64,000 bases of DNA from NCBI GenBank assembly GCA_963674705.1, contig OY771506.1, positions 3,168,001-3,232,000 of the forward strand. The letters run 5' to 3'. The notes below the pieces were generated by a model that saw only the letters and a list, made by a program, of their open reading frames with translations, was not told the origin of the DNA and searched no databases. Position 1 is the first letter of the stretch, and every line of letters starts with the position of its first letter. The stretch comes from Phycisphaeraceae bacterium (GTDB lineage Bacteria > Planctomycetota > Phycisphaerae > Phycisphaerales > Phycisphaeraceae). Positions 30,089 through 39,861 of the stretch are shown in pieces. A program made the translations under genes and the position numbers.

Positions 30089-30220
30089 GATGGTAGACCT
30101 CCAGCGGGATGAGCCTGTCAAAAGGGCCCATTGTATGGATAGTCGCCCCATGCGGGAAAAGATCGCACGTGGGATCATTATTTTCGAGCAATCAAGAGCT
30201 GATCCGACTGAATCGGCGCC

Positions 30221-31033
30221 TTATTCGATCGCCCTTTTGCGGTTCTGTGTCGGTAGCATCTTGGGGATGCCAAGGACGTCGGGCCAATAGGTCAGTTCGA
30301 CCGCTTCGAGGACTTCTGGATCGAGTCGGCCTCTCTGCGGCTGAGCACCGATCTCGGCGACTTTCGGCACAACGGCAAGCGATCGGACGCCGGTGAGTTT
30401 TTCAAGCCAGATGCGGTTGCCTGCGATCGAAGGGTCGTCCGCCTTGGCAGGATCGGGGATATACCCATTAATCACCAGGCCCGCCACTTTGCAGCCGGCC
30501 TGTTTGAGCAGTGCTACCGTCATCGCGGTATGGTTGAGCGTGCCCAATCCCGCACGGGCAACCACCACCACCGGGTAACCGATCGCCACGATCAGGTTCA
30601 GGACCGTGACTCTCGGGCGTAGAGGATCCAGCGGCACCATCAGCCCGCCGACGCCTTCCATCAGCACGGCATCGGAAGTCTGCTCCAGGAGATTGATACT
30701 GCGGGATAGTGTTTGCCAATCGATTGCTTCACCCGCTTCCTCGGCCGCCATCGACGGGGCAAGGGGCGCTGTGAAGCGGATCGGATTGATAACGTTTAAC
30801 GGTTGCTTGCAGTTAGCGAAGTGTGCCAGTGCTTCGGCATCCTCACTGACCAAACCTTCCCGGTCTTTGCGGCAGCCCGAGGCGAAGGGTTTACTGATAC
30901 CCAGGTTGATCCCGGGCAGTTGCCGGCGCAATGCCGCGGCAATCGCGCAACTGACCACTGTTTTGCCGACTTCCGTGTCGGTACCTGTGATGAACAGCCC
31001 CGGTGTCGATCTGTTTTCGGTTAATACCAGCAT
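30221..31033 (-). CDS. bioD: dethiobiotin synthase
   Basis: FITGTDTEVGKT, KPFASG, EGVGGLMVP, LGTLNHT. Confidence 0.95.
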   Translation of the reverse strand: MLVLTENRSTPGLFITGTDTEVGKTVVSCAIAAALRRQLPGINLGISKPFASGCRKDREGLVSEDAEALAHFANCKQPLNVINPIRFTAPLAPSMAAEEAGEAIDWQTLSRSINLLEQTSDAVLMEGVGGLMVPLDPLRPRVTVLNLIVAIGYPVVVVARAGLGTLNHTAMTVALLKQAGCKVAGLVINGYIPDPAKADDPSIAGNRIWLEKLTGVRSLAVVPKVAEIGAQPQRGRLDPEVLEAVELTYWPDVLGIPKMLPTQNRKRAIE

Positions 31034-31079
31034 CCAAGCATGATAGCTCAGAGCCGGTAGATAATCTCAGTTGATACGT

Positions 31080-31334
31080 TCACAGTTCGCCAAGCTGTTC
31101 TTTCAAGAGGCCCAGTTTGCCTTGCTGGCGACGGTTTGACCAAAGCGATTCGACCAGCGTGTAGATGACATCGAGTGTCTTCTCGTAGGAGGTGTTTTCC
31201 GCCCGCTCCATCAGTTCGGCGGTCCTGCGTACTAGCCGCCAGGCGATGTCCTCGCTGAGACGATCCGCCAGGAAAAGAGTGCGTGCGCGTTCCAGGCGGG
31301 TTTGCAGTGCCAGTATGTCGGATTCATGTATCAC
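31080..31334 (-). CDS. small helical hypothetical protein, paralog of 31638-31880
   Basis: 84 aa; 24/75 identities to the divergent neighbour by hand alignment. Confidence 0.7.
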   Translation of the reverse strand: MIHESDILALQTRLERARTLFLADRLSEDIAWRLVRRTAELMERAENTSYEKTLDVIYTLVESLWSNRRQQGKLGLLKEQLGEL

Positions 31335-31637
31335 TGGTTACCCTGATATCGATTGGCAATGTTGATGACTATATCCGTCCTGTAATTGGACGATCCACAT
31401 TGTCCGTCCGCCATGATAAACCCAAATGCTGAATGATGTGATTGAGGTTTGTGTGGATCAGGATGAATAAACGGATCGTAACGTTTGTAGCGGTTGTAAC
31501 GATTAGTGATTCGTAAGGCCGATAACGCTCGGGCTTATCGCACCGTGTCTGATGCTTGTCTTCCGATCAGGCATATTGCCGATCTTCTTGAGGATGCATG
31601 AACCCCCACGGGAGTCCCTTAAACAAGGAACCGCAAG

Positions 31638-31880
31638 ATGATTGAACAACGCGATGTCGATGAACTGCTGGCTGAACTGGAAGCAATGCGGGTCTCCCTG
31701 ATCCGTGACCGTGAAGCGATCAAGCCGAAGCTTGAAGAGTTGGTCAACAAGGCCGGCATGATGCGTGAGAGGGCCGCTGGCGGCAAATACGAGGCCTCGG
31801 TCAACAGCGTACACGGCCTGCTCGAATCGCTGAGCGCCGGCGTCCGCGCCCAGGAGAAGCTCAACCGGGCCGCTGCCTGA
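31638..31880 (+). CDS. small helical hypothetical protein, paralog of 31080-31334
   Basis: 80 aa, AAGGA SD, followed by a terminator. Confidence 0.75.
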   Translation: MIEQRDVDELLAELEAMRVSLIRDREAIKPKLEELVNKAGMMRERAAGGKYEASVNSVHGLLESLSAGVRAQEKLNRAAA

Positions 31881-31929
31881 TTACCGATTGATCCAAACGC
31901 GGGTAAACACCCCGTAGATCCCACAAGTG

Positions 31930-31966
31930 AAACCACACGGCGTCGAGGGATCGCTGCGTGGTTTTT
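31930..31966 (+). terminator. probable intrinsic terminator
   Basis: AAACCACACGGCG...CGCTGCGTGGTTTTT. Confidence 0.6.
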
Positions 31967-32057
31967 CCATGCGCTGGGCGGGTATTGTTGAGAGTGTCTG
32001 CTCTTGAGAGTAGCAATAGATTGGTCATAGCGGAGTGATGCGCTAGTATTAGGCCTT

Positions 32058-34448
32058 ATGCCTGGCACTTATAACCACGTTATGCATCCTCACGCGGATG
32101 AACTGATTAATCCTGACGGCTCCTGGAAGTACACGAACAGCCTGACGGATCAGACCAGCCCGTATCTGTTGCAGCATGCGCATAATCCCGTGGATTGGCA
32201 TGCATGGGGGCCGAGGGCTTTTGAGTTGGCAAGAGAGCGTGACGTGCCGATCTTTCTGAGCATCGGTTACTCGACCTGTTACTGGTGCCACGTCATGGAA
32301 CGGCAGGTCTTTGAGAACCCGCAGATCGCACAGCAGATGAATCAACAGTTTGTCTGTATCAAAGTCGATCGCGAGGAGCGGCCGGATGTTGATGATATCT
32401 ACATGACGGCAACTCAGATCATGACGCGCTCGGGCGGCTGGCCGATGAGTGTGTTCCTGACGCCACCCGGTGTTCATGGCAAAGATGATCCGGGGCTCAA
32501 ACCTTTCTGGGCGGGGACGTATCTCCCACCGATGCCGCAACTCGGTCGGCCCAGTTTCCCGCAGGTATTGCAGGCATTATCCGATGCATGGAAAGATCAA
32601 CGGCCTGACGTGATCCAGCAGGCGGAGCAACTGGTTGCCGCGGTCACACAGGCGCTATCGCAGAAGAGCGAGCCGGCAACGGTCAATCCCGAATCGATCC
32701 GCGAAAGCACCGATCAACTGCTGCGCATGTACGATCATGAGCACGGCGGATTCGGCTCGGCGCCGAAGTTCCCACAGCCGACTTATCTCGACTTCCTGTT
32801 GCGTGTGTATCATAACAACCGCAGCGATTCACTCTGGCAACTCATCGGCCACACGCTTCAGCAGATGGCCTACGGCGGGATGTACGATCAGATCGGCGGC
32901 GGATTCCACCGTTACTCCACCGATGAACGCTGGCTTGTCCCGCACTTTGAGAAGATGCTCTACGACAACGGGCAACTTATCGAGATGTATGCACGTGCAC
33001 TGTCGTTGAAGCCTGACGATGCGAGCGCAGCGTTGTATGAGCGGGTCATCCGTGAGACATGTGATTACGTACGGCGGGAGATGACCGACGCCACCGGCGC
33101 GTTCTGGTCGGCTCAGGATGCGGAGGTGAACGCACGCGAGGGCGGCAGCTACATCTGGACCGAACAGCAGGTGCGCGAAGCGATCGGTGATCCTGAACTG
33201 GCGGAGCTTGCACTGCATATGTACGGCCTGACACTTGGTGCCAACTTCCAGGACCCGCACGATCCATCCGCCGAGCAGGCGAATGTGCTTTATTTGCCGA
33301 AACCGCTCGCCGCTTTGGCTACCGAGACCGGGATTGATGTTGAGTCGCTTTTAACCAAACGCATCGAGATCAACCGAGCGTTGAAAGCGGCGCGTGATAA
33401 GCGGGAGCAGCCCGGCACGGATGACAAAGTGCTGGTCAGTTGGAACGGCATGATGATCGCGGCGTTTGCCGAGGCGGGGCGGGTGCTGGGTGAGTCTGCG
33501 TATGTCGATGCGGCAGTCAAGGCTGCCAAAGCAATTCTCAAATACATGGTTGATGACAGCGGCGGGCTTTGCCGCACCATGCGGGGCAGAGAGGCCAGGA
33601 TATCGGCCTACCTTGAAGATTACGCATGGTTCGTCCACGGCCTGATCGCTCTGTACCGCGCTCAACCGGGCGAATCGAAGTGGATCAAGCTGGCAGCACA
33701 ATTTACGGATATCGCGGCCGACCGCTTCGCTGCCGAGCACGGCGGGTACTACGACACATTGGCGGACCAGAAAGACTTGTTCGTACGCGTACGTGGCACA
33801 TACGACGGTGCGGTCCCCAGCGCGAACGGGCGGATGATCCACAATCTCGTCTCGCTCTACGAACTCACCGACGAATCAGCCTGGCTCGATCGGGCGCACC
33901 GTGACCTTGCAAGTTTTGCCGACGCTTTGAGTAATAACGGTGCAGCGATGGTGCAGATGCAAGGCGCAATGCTGCGTGCTATCGAGATCGATCCCGCTCG
34001 CTTTACCGATGCGTCGACGGGGCCGCAACGACCGGCAACGGACAAGCCGGTTACCGCATCAGTTAGCCCTGCGATCCGCATCAATGATGGGACAGGCGAA
34101 TTTACCGTGACGCTTCAGATACAGCATGGATATCACATCAACTCGCATGAACCGAGTGACCCGAGCCTGATACCGACGTCAATTGAGTTAAAGTGGGCGG
34201 CGGGTTATACGCTTAGCGTGACATTTCCGCAGCCGCAGATGCAACGATTCGGTTATGCCGACCAACCGCTTTCGGTGTTCACCGGCGATATCACGATCAA
34301 CGCCAGGCTGGAACCGTTGCCGGATAGCGATGCGCGATTGCCTGCCGATGCTGAACTGCTGTTGCGTTTCCAGGCATGTACCGATCAAGCGTGTATGGCA
34401 CCGGTCACGGAAAGGCTGCCTCTGGTTATCAAAGATGAGGCAAGCTAA
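32058..34448 (+). CDS. YyaL/SSP411 (DUF255) thioredoxin-domain protein with C-terminal DsbD-N-like domain
   Basis: [42 protein letters not shown]-terminal GYHIN...FQACTDQAC. Confidence 0.92.
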   Translation: MPGTYNHVMHPHADELINPDGSWKYTNSLTDQTSPYLLQHAHNPVDWHAWGPRAFELARERDVPIFLSIGYSTCYWCHVMERQVFENPQIAQQMNQQFVCIKVDREERPDVDDIYMTATQIMTRSGGWPMSVFLTPPGVHGKDDPGLKPFWAGTYLPPMPQLGRPSFPQVLQALSDAWKDQRPDVIQQAEQLVAAVTQALSQKSEPATVNPESIRESTDQLLRMYDHEHGGFGSAPKFPQPTYLDFLLRVYHNNRSDSLWQLIGHTLQQMAYGGMYDQIGGGFHRYSTDERWLVPHFEKMLYDNGQLIEMYARALSLKPDDASAALYERVIRETCDYVRREMTDATGAFWSAQDAEVNAREGGSYIWTEQQVREAIGDPELAELALHMYGLTLGANFQDPHDPSAEQANVLYLPKPLAALATETGIDVESLLTKRIEINRALKAARDKREQPGTDDKVLVSWNGMMIAAFAEAGRVLGESAYVDAAVKAAKAILKYMVDDSGGLCRTMRGREARISAYLEDYAWFVHGLIALYRAQPGESKWIKLAAQFTDIAADRFAAEHGGYYDTLADQKDLFVRVRGTYDGAVPSANGRMIHNLVSLYELTDESAWLDRAHRDLASFADALSNNGAAMVQMQGAMLRAIEIDPARFTDASTGPQRPATDKPVTASVSPAIRINDGTGEFTVTLQIQHGYHINSHEPSDPSLIPTSIELKWAAGYTLSVTFPQPQMQRFGYADQPLSVFTGDITINARLEPLPDSDARLPADAELLLRFQACTDQACMAPVTERLPLVIKDEAS

Positions 34449-34469
34449 GCAAGCCGCTATGATCGTGAC

Positions 34470-35270
34470 ATGATTGATACCCACTGCCATCTGACGTATG
34501 ACGGACTGCACGAGCGGGTCGATAAGGTAATCAGCGACGCGGTAGCGGCCGGCGTCGACCGGATGATCACCGTTGGCACGTCACCCGCCGACGCCCGTAA
34601 AGCCATCGCACTGACTAAGCGCTACAACAACATCTACGCCACCGCCGGCCTGCACCCGCACTACGCCGCCGACTGGCCCAGCCCGACCATGCTCAAAGAT
34701 GCCTTGCGTGATTTGATAAACGAGCCGAAGGTTGTCGCCCTGGGCGAGATGGGACTGGATCGTCACTATCCTGATCCGCCCATGGATACCCAACGAGCCG
34801 CGTTCGCCGCCCAACTTGAATTGGTGCATGATCTCTCAAGCCTCTCTCCTCAAGCCTCAAACCTCCCCATCATCATCCACAACCGCGAAGCAACGGACGA
34901 CACGCTTGCTATGATCGCCGACAGCGGGATTGCAGGTCAGCGTTTTGTTTTCCATTGCTTCACCGGCACGCCTGATGAAGTCGAGAAGATCCTCGCCATC
35001 GGCGCGATGGTCAGCTTCACCGGCATCGTCACCTTCAAGAACGCCAAAGCGATCGCGGAAGCCAGCGACCTGGTGCCGTTGGATAAATTGATGATCGAGA
35101 CGGATTCGCCGTACCTCGCGCCCGAACCGTACAGGAAAGTAAGACCCAACGAGCCGAAGTACGTGGTGCACGTCGCGGAGTTTCTGGCCAAGCGACGAGA
35201 CATGATTTTCAACGACTTCACCACCGCAATGGATGCGAACGCGGAGCGGTTTTTTGGGTTGAATCGCTGA
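34470..35270 (+). CDS. tatD: TatD family hydrolase
   Basis: IDTHCH, GLHPH, GEMGLD, HNREA, HCFTG and ETDSPYLAP motifs. Confidence 0.95.
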   Translation: MIDTHCHLTYDGLHERVDKVISDAVAAGVDRMITVGTSPADARKAIALTKRYNNIYATAGLHPHYAADWPSPTMLKDALRDLINEPKVVALGEMGLDRHYPDPPMDTQRAAFAAQLELVHDLSSLSPQASNLPIIIHNREATDDTLAMIADSGIAGQRFVFHCFTGTPDEVEKILAIGAMVSFTGIVTFKNAKAIAEASDLVPLDKLMIETDSPYLAPEPYRKVRPNEPKYVVHVAEFLAKRRDMIFNDFTTAMDANAERFFGLNR

Positions 35271-35306
35271 TCGTAAAACAGGCGGTTCTCGCGGGCGCTA
35301 CGATAA

Positions 35307-35348
35307 ATGCTCTTTATTAGCTGCATTGCGACGCACTGCAGGCCCGCG
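35307..35348 (+). repeat. hairpin direct repeat, copy 1 (copy 2 at 37000-37041)
   Basis: ATGCTCTTTATTAGCTGCATTGCGACGCACTGCAGGCCCGCG, 35/42 identical to copy 2. Confidence 0.75.
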
Positions 35349-35414
35349 AAGCGTCGCTTCGCAGCTAGTAAAGAAGTGTAAAGGTTGATGCCAACGCGGA
35401 GCGGTTTTGTGGGC

Positions 35415-36548
35415 TTAGTTTTTCTTAAGTCCAGCGGTCACATTGTCAATGATGTTCACCATGTTATCCGGCAGAGGTATGTTGATGGTGCTTTCATCAC
35501 CGGCACTTACTTTAAATGTAACTTGCTGGTTTCCATCTGTGGGGTATTTGCCAACAATCCTGGAATAAGGGCTTTGCGTATCAGTACCGGTATCTTGATG
35601 CCTGACGCGCGCCTCAATCATTCTGTATTCACCAACCGGTAGAAGCAGGATGTTCCCGGTTGGGACATCGATACTGCTATATATATCTGTTATTGGATCT
35701 CTTAACTCAGCTGAAGTAATCGCGCCATCTACTACTGCTATGGTCCATTCCGACTGATACCACTCCGTTTCGGACTTTTCGGGCTGCATGGGTTCAAAGC
35801 GATACATGATCCGCATTGTTTGGTCGGGCGGGATATCGGGCCATATCAAGTCAAATATGGTTGGAACCGTCTCCGGTTTGACGGGATTGTGAATAGTGAG
35901 AACTTTGGATTCACCCGGTTCAAGGAAAATATCGTTAGCGAAGTAGTTCCACCCGTAATTGCCATCGGTAAAGATGTCATAGGCTGTGCCGGTTCGGATG
36001 GGATCGATGTTTAGTTGGCCGTTTTCATCGGTGCGCAGATCGCGCTTGATCCTGGCGTCAGTGCTGTACATATTGCCTGCTACGGTGACCGGCCAGTCCG
36101 CCATCGGCTCGCCGTCAGCGTCCAGCAACTCGATGGTCAGCGAGCCCCACTCCAAGTCGACCGGGCTAATCCGTGGTACTAGATTGGCCTGCGCAGCCTG
36201 CACATCACGAAGGTCCTTGATAATTGCGAACAGCATGAACAATGTAAATGTGCAGAACAGGATCAGTACAACGAATGCAGAAATTCCTAGACTCCAGAGT
36301 AAGCGTTTTTTCATGATTCGCTCCTTCATCGCGTCCCACCAGAGCTGGCGGGCGATGGTTTTCAGGTCCCCGAATCGGTCGAGAGCAGCGCGTTGTGCTT
36401 CGTCTTCATCCTTACCGCTCAGCATTTTCTGCCTCGCAGCACATTCCAAGTGATCGTTCAGTTCATCGATGATGTCTTGGCGCAAACTGGGCGGTTCGTC
36501 GTCACGCTGCGGCGGCAGGCTGTCGGCAATCCCGGCGTCGTCACTCAT
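35415..36548 (-). CDS. permease-prefix/HAAS-like domain membrane protein with periplasmic beta domain
   Basis: DIIDELNDHL...AQRAALDRFGD then a TM; overlaps the PadR gene. Confidence 0.75.
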   Translation of the reverse strand: MSDDAGIADSLPPQRDDEPPSLRQDIIDELNDHLECAARQKMLSGKDEDEAQRAALDRFGDLKTIARQLWWDAMKERIMKKRLLWSLGISAFVVLILFCTFTLFMLFAIIKDLRDVQAAQANLVPRISPVDLEWGSLTIELLDADGEPMADWPVTVAGNMYSTDARIKRDLRTDENGQLNIDPIRTGTAYDIFTDGNYGWNYFANDIFLEPGESKVLTIHNPVKPETVPTIFDLIWPDIPPDQTMRIMYRFEPMQPEKSETEWYQSEWTIAVVDGAITSAELRDPITDIYSSIDVPTGNILLLPVGEYRMIEARVRHQDTGTDTQSPYSRIVGKYPTDGNQQVTFKVSAGDESTINIPLPDNMVNIIDNVTAGLKKN

Positions 36549-36871
36549 GACTCTACCCCCAGCACGCTATTCACGCTCTTGGAGAATCGCGACCACTCCT
36601 CACGCTTCTGCTCCAGCGTGCGTTCGCCGGCCGGTGTGAGTTTGTAGTACTTGCGACGTCGACCCTCGTCCGATTCGCTCCACGTAGCCTTGAGCAGCTT
36701 CTGCCGCTCCATGCGGTGCAGCGCGGGATACAGGCTGCCTTCCTTGAGCTCGAAGTACCCGTCTGATCGGGTCAATACCGCCTGGGCGATCAGGTAGCCA
36801 TACGTAGGCCCTTCCGACACGACGTCGAGGATCAGCATTTCCACCGTCCCCCAAAGTAACCTTGAATCCAT
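36545..36871 (-). CDS. PadR family transcriptional regulator
   Basis: GPTYGYLI, EGSLYPALHRME, RRKYYKLTPAG. Confidence 0.95.
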   Translation of the reverse strand: MDSRLLWGTVEMLILDVVSEGPTYGYLIAQAVLTRSDGYFELKEGSLYPALHRMERQKLLKATWSESDEGRRRKYYKLTPAGERTLEQKREEWSRFSKSVNSVLGVES

Positions 36872-36882
36872 GGGCTTGCTCC

Positions 36883-36933
36883 ATACCTTGTGCGTCTAGG
36901 TATAAGGATAGAGCGTCTAGGTATGTGTGTCAA
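36883..36933 (-). promoter_or_regulatory. sigma70-type promoter with probable PadR operator
   Basis: TTGACA(36933-36928)-N17-TATCCT; palindrome ATACCTTG-N5-CTAGGTAT (36883-36903) and a second CTAGGTAT half-site (36917-36924). Confidence 0.7.
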
Positions 36934-36999
36934 GGGGAAGTAGCTGGTTGGTTGCATATTGTGTGATTGCATGCGGATTTGATTCGGGGCATTTTGCGG

Positions 37000-37041
37000 A
37001 TGTTCTTTGCTAGCTGCAGTGCAACGCACTGCAGGCCTGTG
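37000..37041 (+). repeat. hairpin direct repeat, copy 2
   Basis: ATGTTCTTTGCTAGCTGCAGTGCAACGCACTGCAGGCCTGTG; perfect CTGCAGTGC/GCACTGCAG stem. Confidence 0.75.
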
Positions 37042-37135
37042 GCACGGCGGATCGCGGGTCTGCGAGGTGCGATCAGGGGGAACGGCGATCTTCGATCGCC
37101 CGCTAAACGGTGCGTCAAGATTATGAGGCGCAATT

Positions 37136-37168
37136 AAAAAACCCCACCGCGATTGGGTGGGGCCTTTT
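37136..37168 (-). terminator. intrinsic terminator downstream of the PilZ gene
   Basis: AAAAAACCCCACC...GGTGGGGCCTTTT. Confidence 0.7.
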
Positions 37169-37193
37169 CCAAGTGTCTTGATTATTGTTCCGC

Positions 37194-37574
37194 TTACGCT
37201 GCCCGCATCCCGCTGTGGTTGAGGTAGATGTTCAGGCGTTGGCGGTCGATGTCGTGGTTGAAGCGGGTGAAGGTCATGCCCATCCGGCAGGGGCCCATTT
37301 CTTCTTCGTCGTGCATACGGACGATCCGGCCGGTGGCGTGGAAGGTTACCTGGTGGCTGCCGGGCAGCATGCCGCGGACCTCGACCTCCGTGCCTGCGGG
37401 CAGGGGGGCGTCCAGTTCGAATCGCATACCGCTTTGGCTGATGTCGTAGATGTGTCCTGTCCACCGGTAGCGTTGATCGCCGGTCTGTCTGACCCGTAAG
37501 AGCGTGTACATTGCCGGAAGTTTGAGTCGCGGATTGGAGCGGGCTTCGGCGTTGGATTCGACGTGCTCGGGCAT
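37194..37574 (-). CDS. PilZ domain protein
   Basis: RSNPR (RxxxR) and DISQSG (DxSxxG); AGGAGG SD before ATG 37574. Confidence 0.88.
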   Translation of the reverse strand: MPEHVESNAEARSNPRLKLPAMYTLLRVRQTGDQRYRWTGHIYDISQSGMRFELDAPLPAGTEVEVRGMLPGSHQVTFHATGRIVRMHDEEEMGPCRMGMTFTRFNHDIDRQRLNIYLNHSGMRAA

Positions 37575-37718
37575 TACTGCCTCCTGGGTCTTAAGATGTC
37601 CGGTTGTAGGGATGACATCGGCCGGTCGGAGGGGGTGGTTTAGGTCGGATAGGTCGAGAAAGCGTTCCTTTTTGCATTGTTTGCAGCGCATTGTCCGCAC
37701 TGGCCGATAACACAGTTC

Positions 37719-39284
37719 ATGCCACCGGTTAGACCTGCTGCGCCCGTTTCGATTGACCTTTCTCACCAGAGCCCGGCTGCGTCGCATGAGCGTGCGCCGT
37801 TGGAAGGGCCGGTCCTGTTGATCGGAACCCGACGCAGTGTCGCGCAGATCGAACAGGCGCTTCAGGGGCTCTCGCTTCGACCGAATCTGATCGGTTGTGT
37901 CCTGCTTGATCCGGATGCAAATGCACGGCCTACCCAGAGTCCGGTATTGGGTGGCTTTGACCAATTGGCCACGATATGCCAGACGCGCAAGGTGGGATTG
38001 GCCTTGGTTAGCCTGCCACAGTCCATGCCCAAGCGAACGGCGGTCATCGTGGATGTGCTGGAGCAGATGGGGATCGCGTGGCGTTTCATGCCGACGCTGG
38101 CGGATCAGTTGGCGGGCTTGACGCCGCCTGCCGGGGTTGCCGTTCAGGCGGAGCCGGTGGCGAGCGGTGACCACGCCTGCCACATCGACCTGGCCCGGCT
38201 GATCGATCGCCAGCCGCATCCATTGGATGAGGGGCCGATCCGCAATTACCTGCACAACAAGATTGTCCTGATCACCGGCGCGGGCGGGTCGATCGGCTCG
38301 GAACTGGCGCAGATCGTCTGCCGATTCCATCCTGAGAAGCTGATTATGGTCGAGCGGTCCGAGAATGCGCTCTTCCAGATAGACCGCGAGATCGCACGAC
38401 GTTATCCCGACCAGCCGCGCCATGCAGAATTACATGATGTGACCAACGCGCCGCGTACGCTGGACCTGGTCGACAGGCATCAGCCGGATGTGATCTTCCA
38501 CGCCGCGGCGCACAAGCACGTGCCGATGATGGAGGATCATCCGTCCGCTGCCTTGGAGAACAACTTCTACGGCACGCGTTCGATCGCCGACGCGGCACAC
38601 ACCTGCGGCGTCAGCCGATTCGTGATGATCTCGACGGATAAGGCGGTCAATCCCTCGTCTGTGATGGGGGCAAGCAAACGGCTGGCAGAACTGTACATCC
38701 AACATCAGAACCGCTTGAGCCCGACGATCTACTCGATGGTGCGATTCGGGAACGTGCTTGGTTCGGCGTGCAGCGTGCTGCCGATCTGGAGCAGGCAGAT
38801 CGCGCAGGGTGGGCCTGTCACGGTGACGCATCCGGATATGACGCGGTACTTCATGACGATCCCCGAAGCGGCGTCGCTGGTCCTGCAGGCCGGGGCGTAT
38901 GCACGCGGCGGCGAGGTGTTCCTGCTGGATATGGGTGAGCCTGTCAACATCCTGCAACTGGCCAAGCGCTATATCCGCCAGCATGGCCTTGAGCCGAACG
39001 AAGATATCCAGGTCGCCATCACAGGCGTTCGCCCGGGCGAGAAACTCTTTGAGGTGCTTGCTTACGATGGCGAGGATATGACGCCGACGCCACATCAGTC
39101 CATCCGCATCTGGGAATCGCAGCCCATCGACAGCGCCAGGTTGCAGCAGATCGTGCTCATGTTCGACCGCATGCGCGACGGCGGGGATGGCGATCAACAC
39201 GCATGGCGGGGTGTGGGTCGAGATTCGATCATGAACGCATTGCGCAACGCATTGCCGGAGATGATCGAATCGGCGGCGGGGTGA
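37719..39284 (+). CDS. CapD-like nucleotide-sugar 4,6-dehydratase (Polysacc_synt_2)
   Basis: TGAGGSIGSEL, HAAAHKHVP, ISTDKAVNP, VRFGNVLGS, RYFMTIPEA, GVRPGEKL. Confidence 0.93.
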   Translation: MPPVRPAAPVSIDLSHQSPAASHERAPLEGPVLLIGTRRSVAQIEQALQGLSLRPNLIGCVLLDPDANARPTQSPVLGGFDQLATICQTRKVGLALVSLPQSMPKRTAVIVDVLEQMGIAWRFMPTLADQLAGLTPPAGVAVQAEPVASGDHACHIDLARLIDRQPHPLDEGPIRNYLHNKIVLITGAGGSIGSELAQIVCRFHPEKLIMVERSENALFQIDREIARRYPDQPRHAELHDVTNAPRTLDLVDRHQPDVIFHAAAHKHVPMMEDHPSAALENNFYGTRSIADAAHTCGVSRFVMISTDKAVNPSSVMGASKRLAELYIQHQNRLSPTIYSMVRFGNVLGSACSVLPIWSRQIAQGGPVTVTHPDMTRYFMTIPEAASLVLQAGAYARGGEVFLLDMGEPVNILQLAKRYIRQHGLEPNEDIQVAITGVRPGEKLFEVLAYDGEDMTPTPHQSIRIWESQPIDSARLQQIVLMFDRMRDGGDGDQHAWRGVGRDSIMNALRNALPEMIESAAG

Positions 39285-39290
39285 GGGGGT

Positions 39291-39320
39291 GTTCGATGTT
39301 CGATGTTGGATGTTCAATGT
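39291..39320 (+). repeat. heptamer tandem repeat (GTTCGAT-like x4)
   Basis: GTTCGAT GTTCGAT GTTGGAT GTTCAAT just after the stop codon. Confidence 0.7.
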
Positions 39321-39861
39321 GGGGTGTTTCTGTGCGCCGATGTTGTGGGCTGATTGATTTTCGGTGGGCGGTTTTGGGGTTGAGTTGAGTTGTTGTGCGG
39401 ATCGGGCGGGTGGCCGTGTCCGCCCCCCGGGGGGTGTATTTGTGCATAAATGCTTGTAAAGTGTTTGATTGCAATGGAATGTGCCCGTGTCCGGGAAAAG
39501 GGTGTAGGACGTCCGCCCCTTGTTTTTATGCGCCAGGGCCGGCTGTGCGGACAGAGACGGACAGCGGGCGGACAGGCTTGCAGTGGTGGCGGTCATGATC
39601 TGGTCGGGGGCGGTCAGGTTTTGGGCGTGGGTGGACATGGTGTCTGTAAAGGTCTTCCGTATGTAGTGCAGGGATGGGGCGAGCTCCTATATATGTGTGG
39701 AGCGACAGGCATGTGCGCGCATCACAAGTGTGCGTCGTGATTCGATCATGAACGCATTGATCAATGTACTGGTGGAGATGATCGATTCTGCGGCTGAATC
39801 AATCATGTGATACTTGTTCAACGTGGCAAATGCATCATATCTCGTTAGTATTGCTGCTTAA

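Noticed and set aside
37575..39638. Long minus-strand ORFs 37194-38423 (upstream extension) and 38430-39638
   Set aside because: Antisense shadows of the CapD-like gene; only the C-terminal 126 aa PilZ part has motifs and an SD
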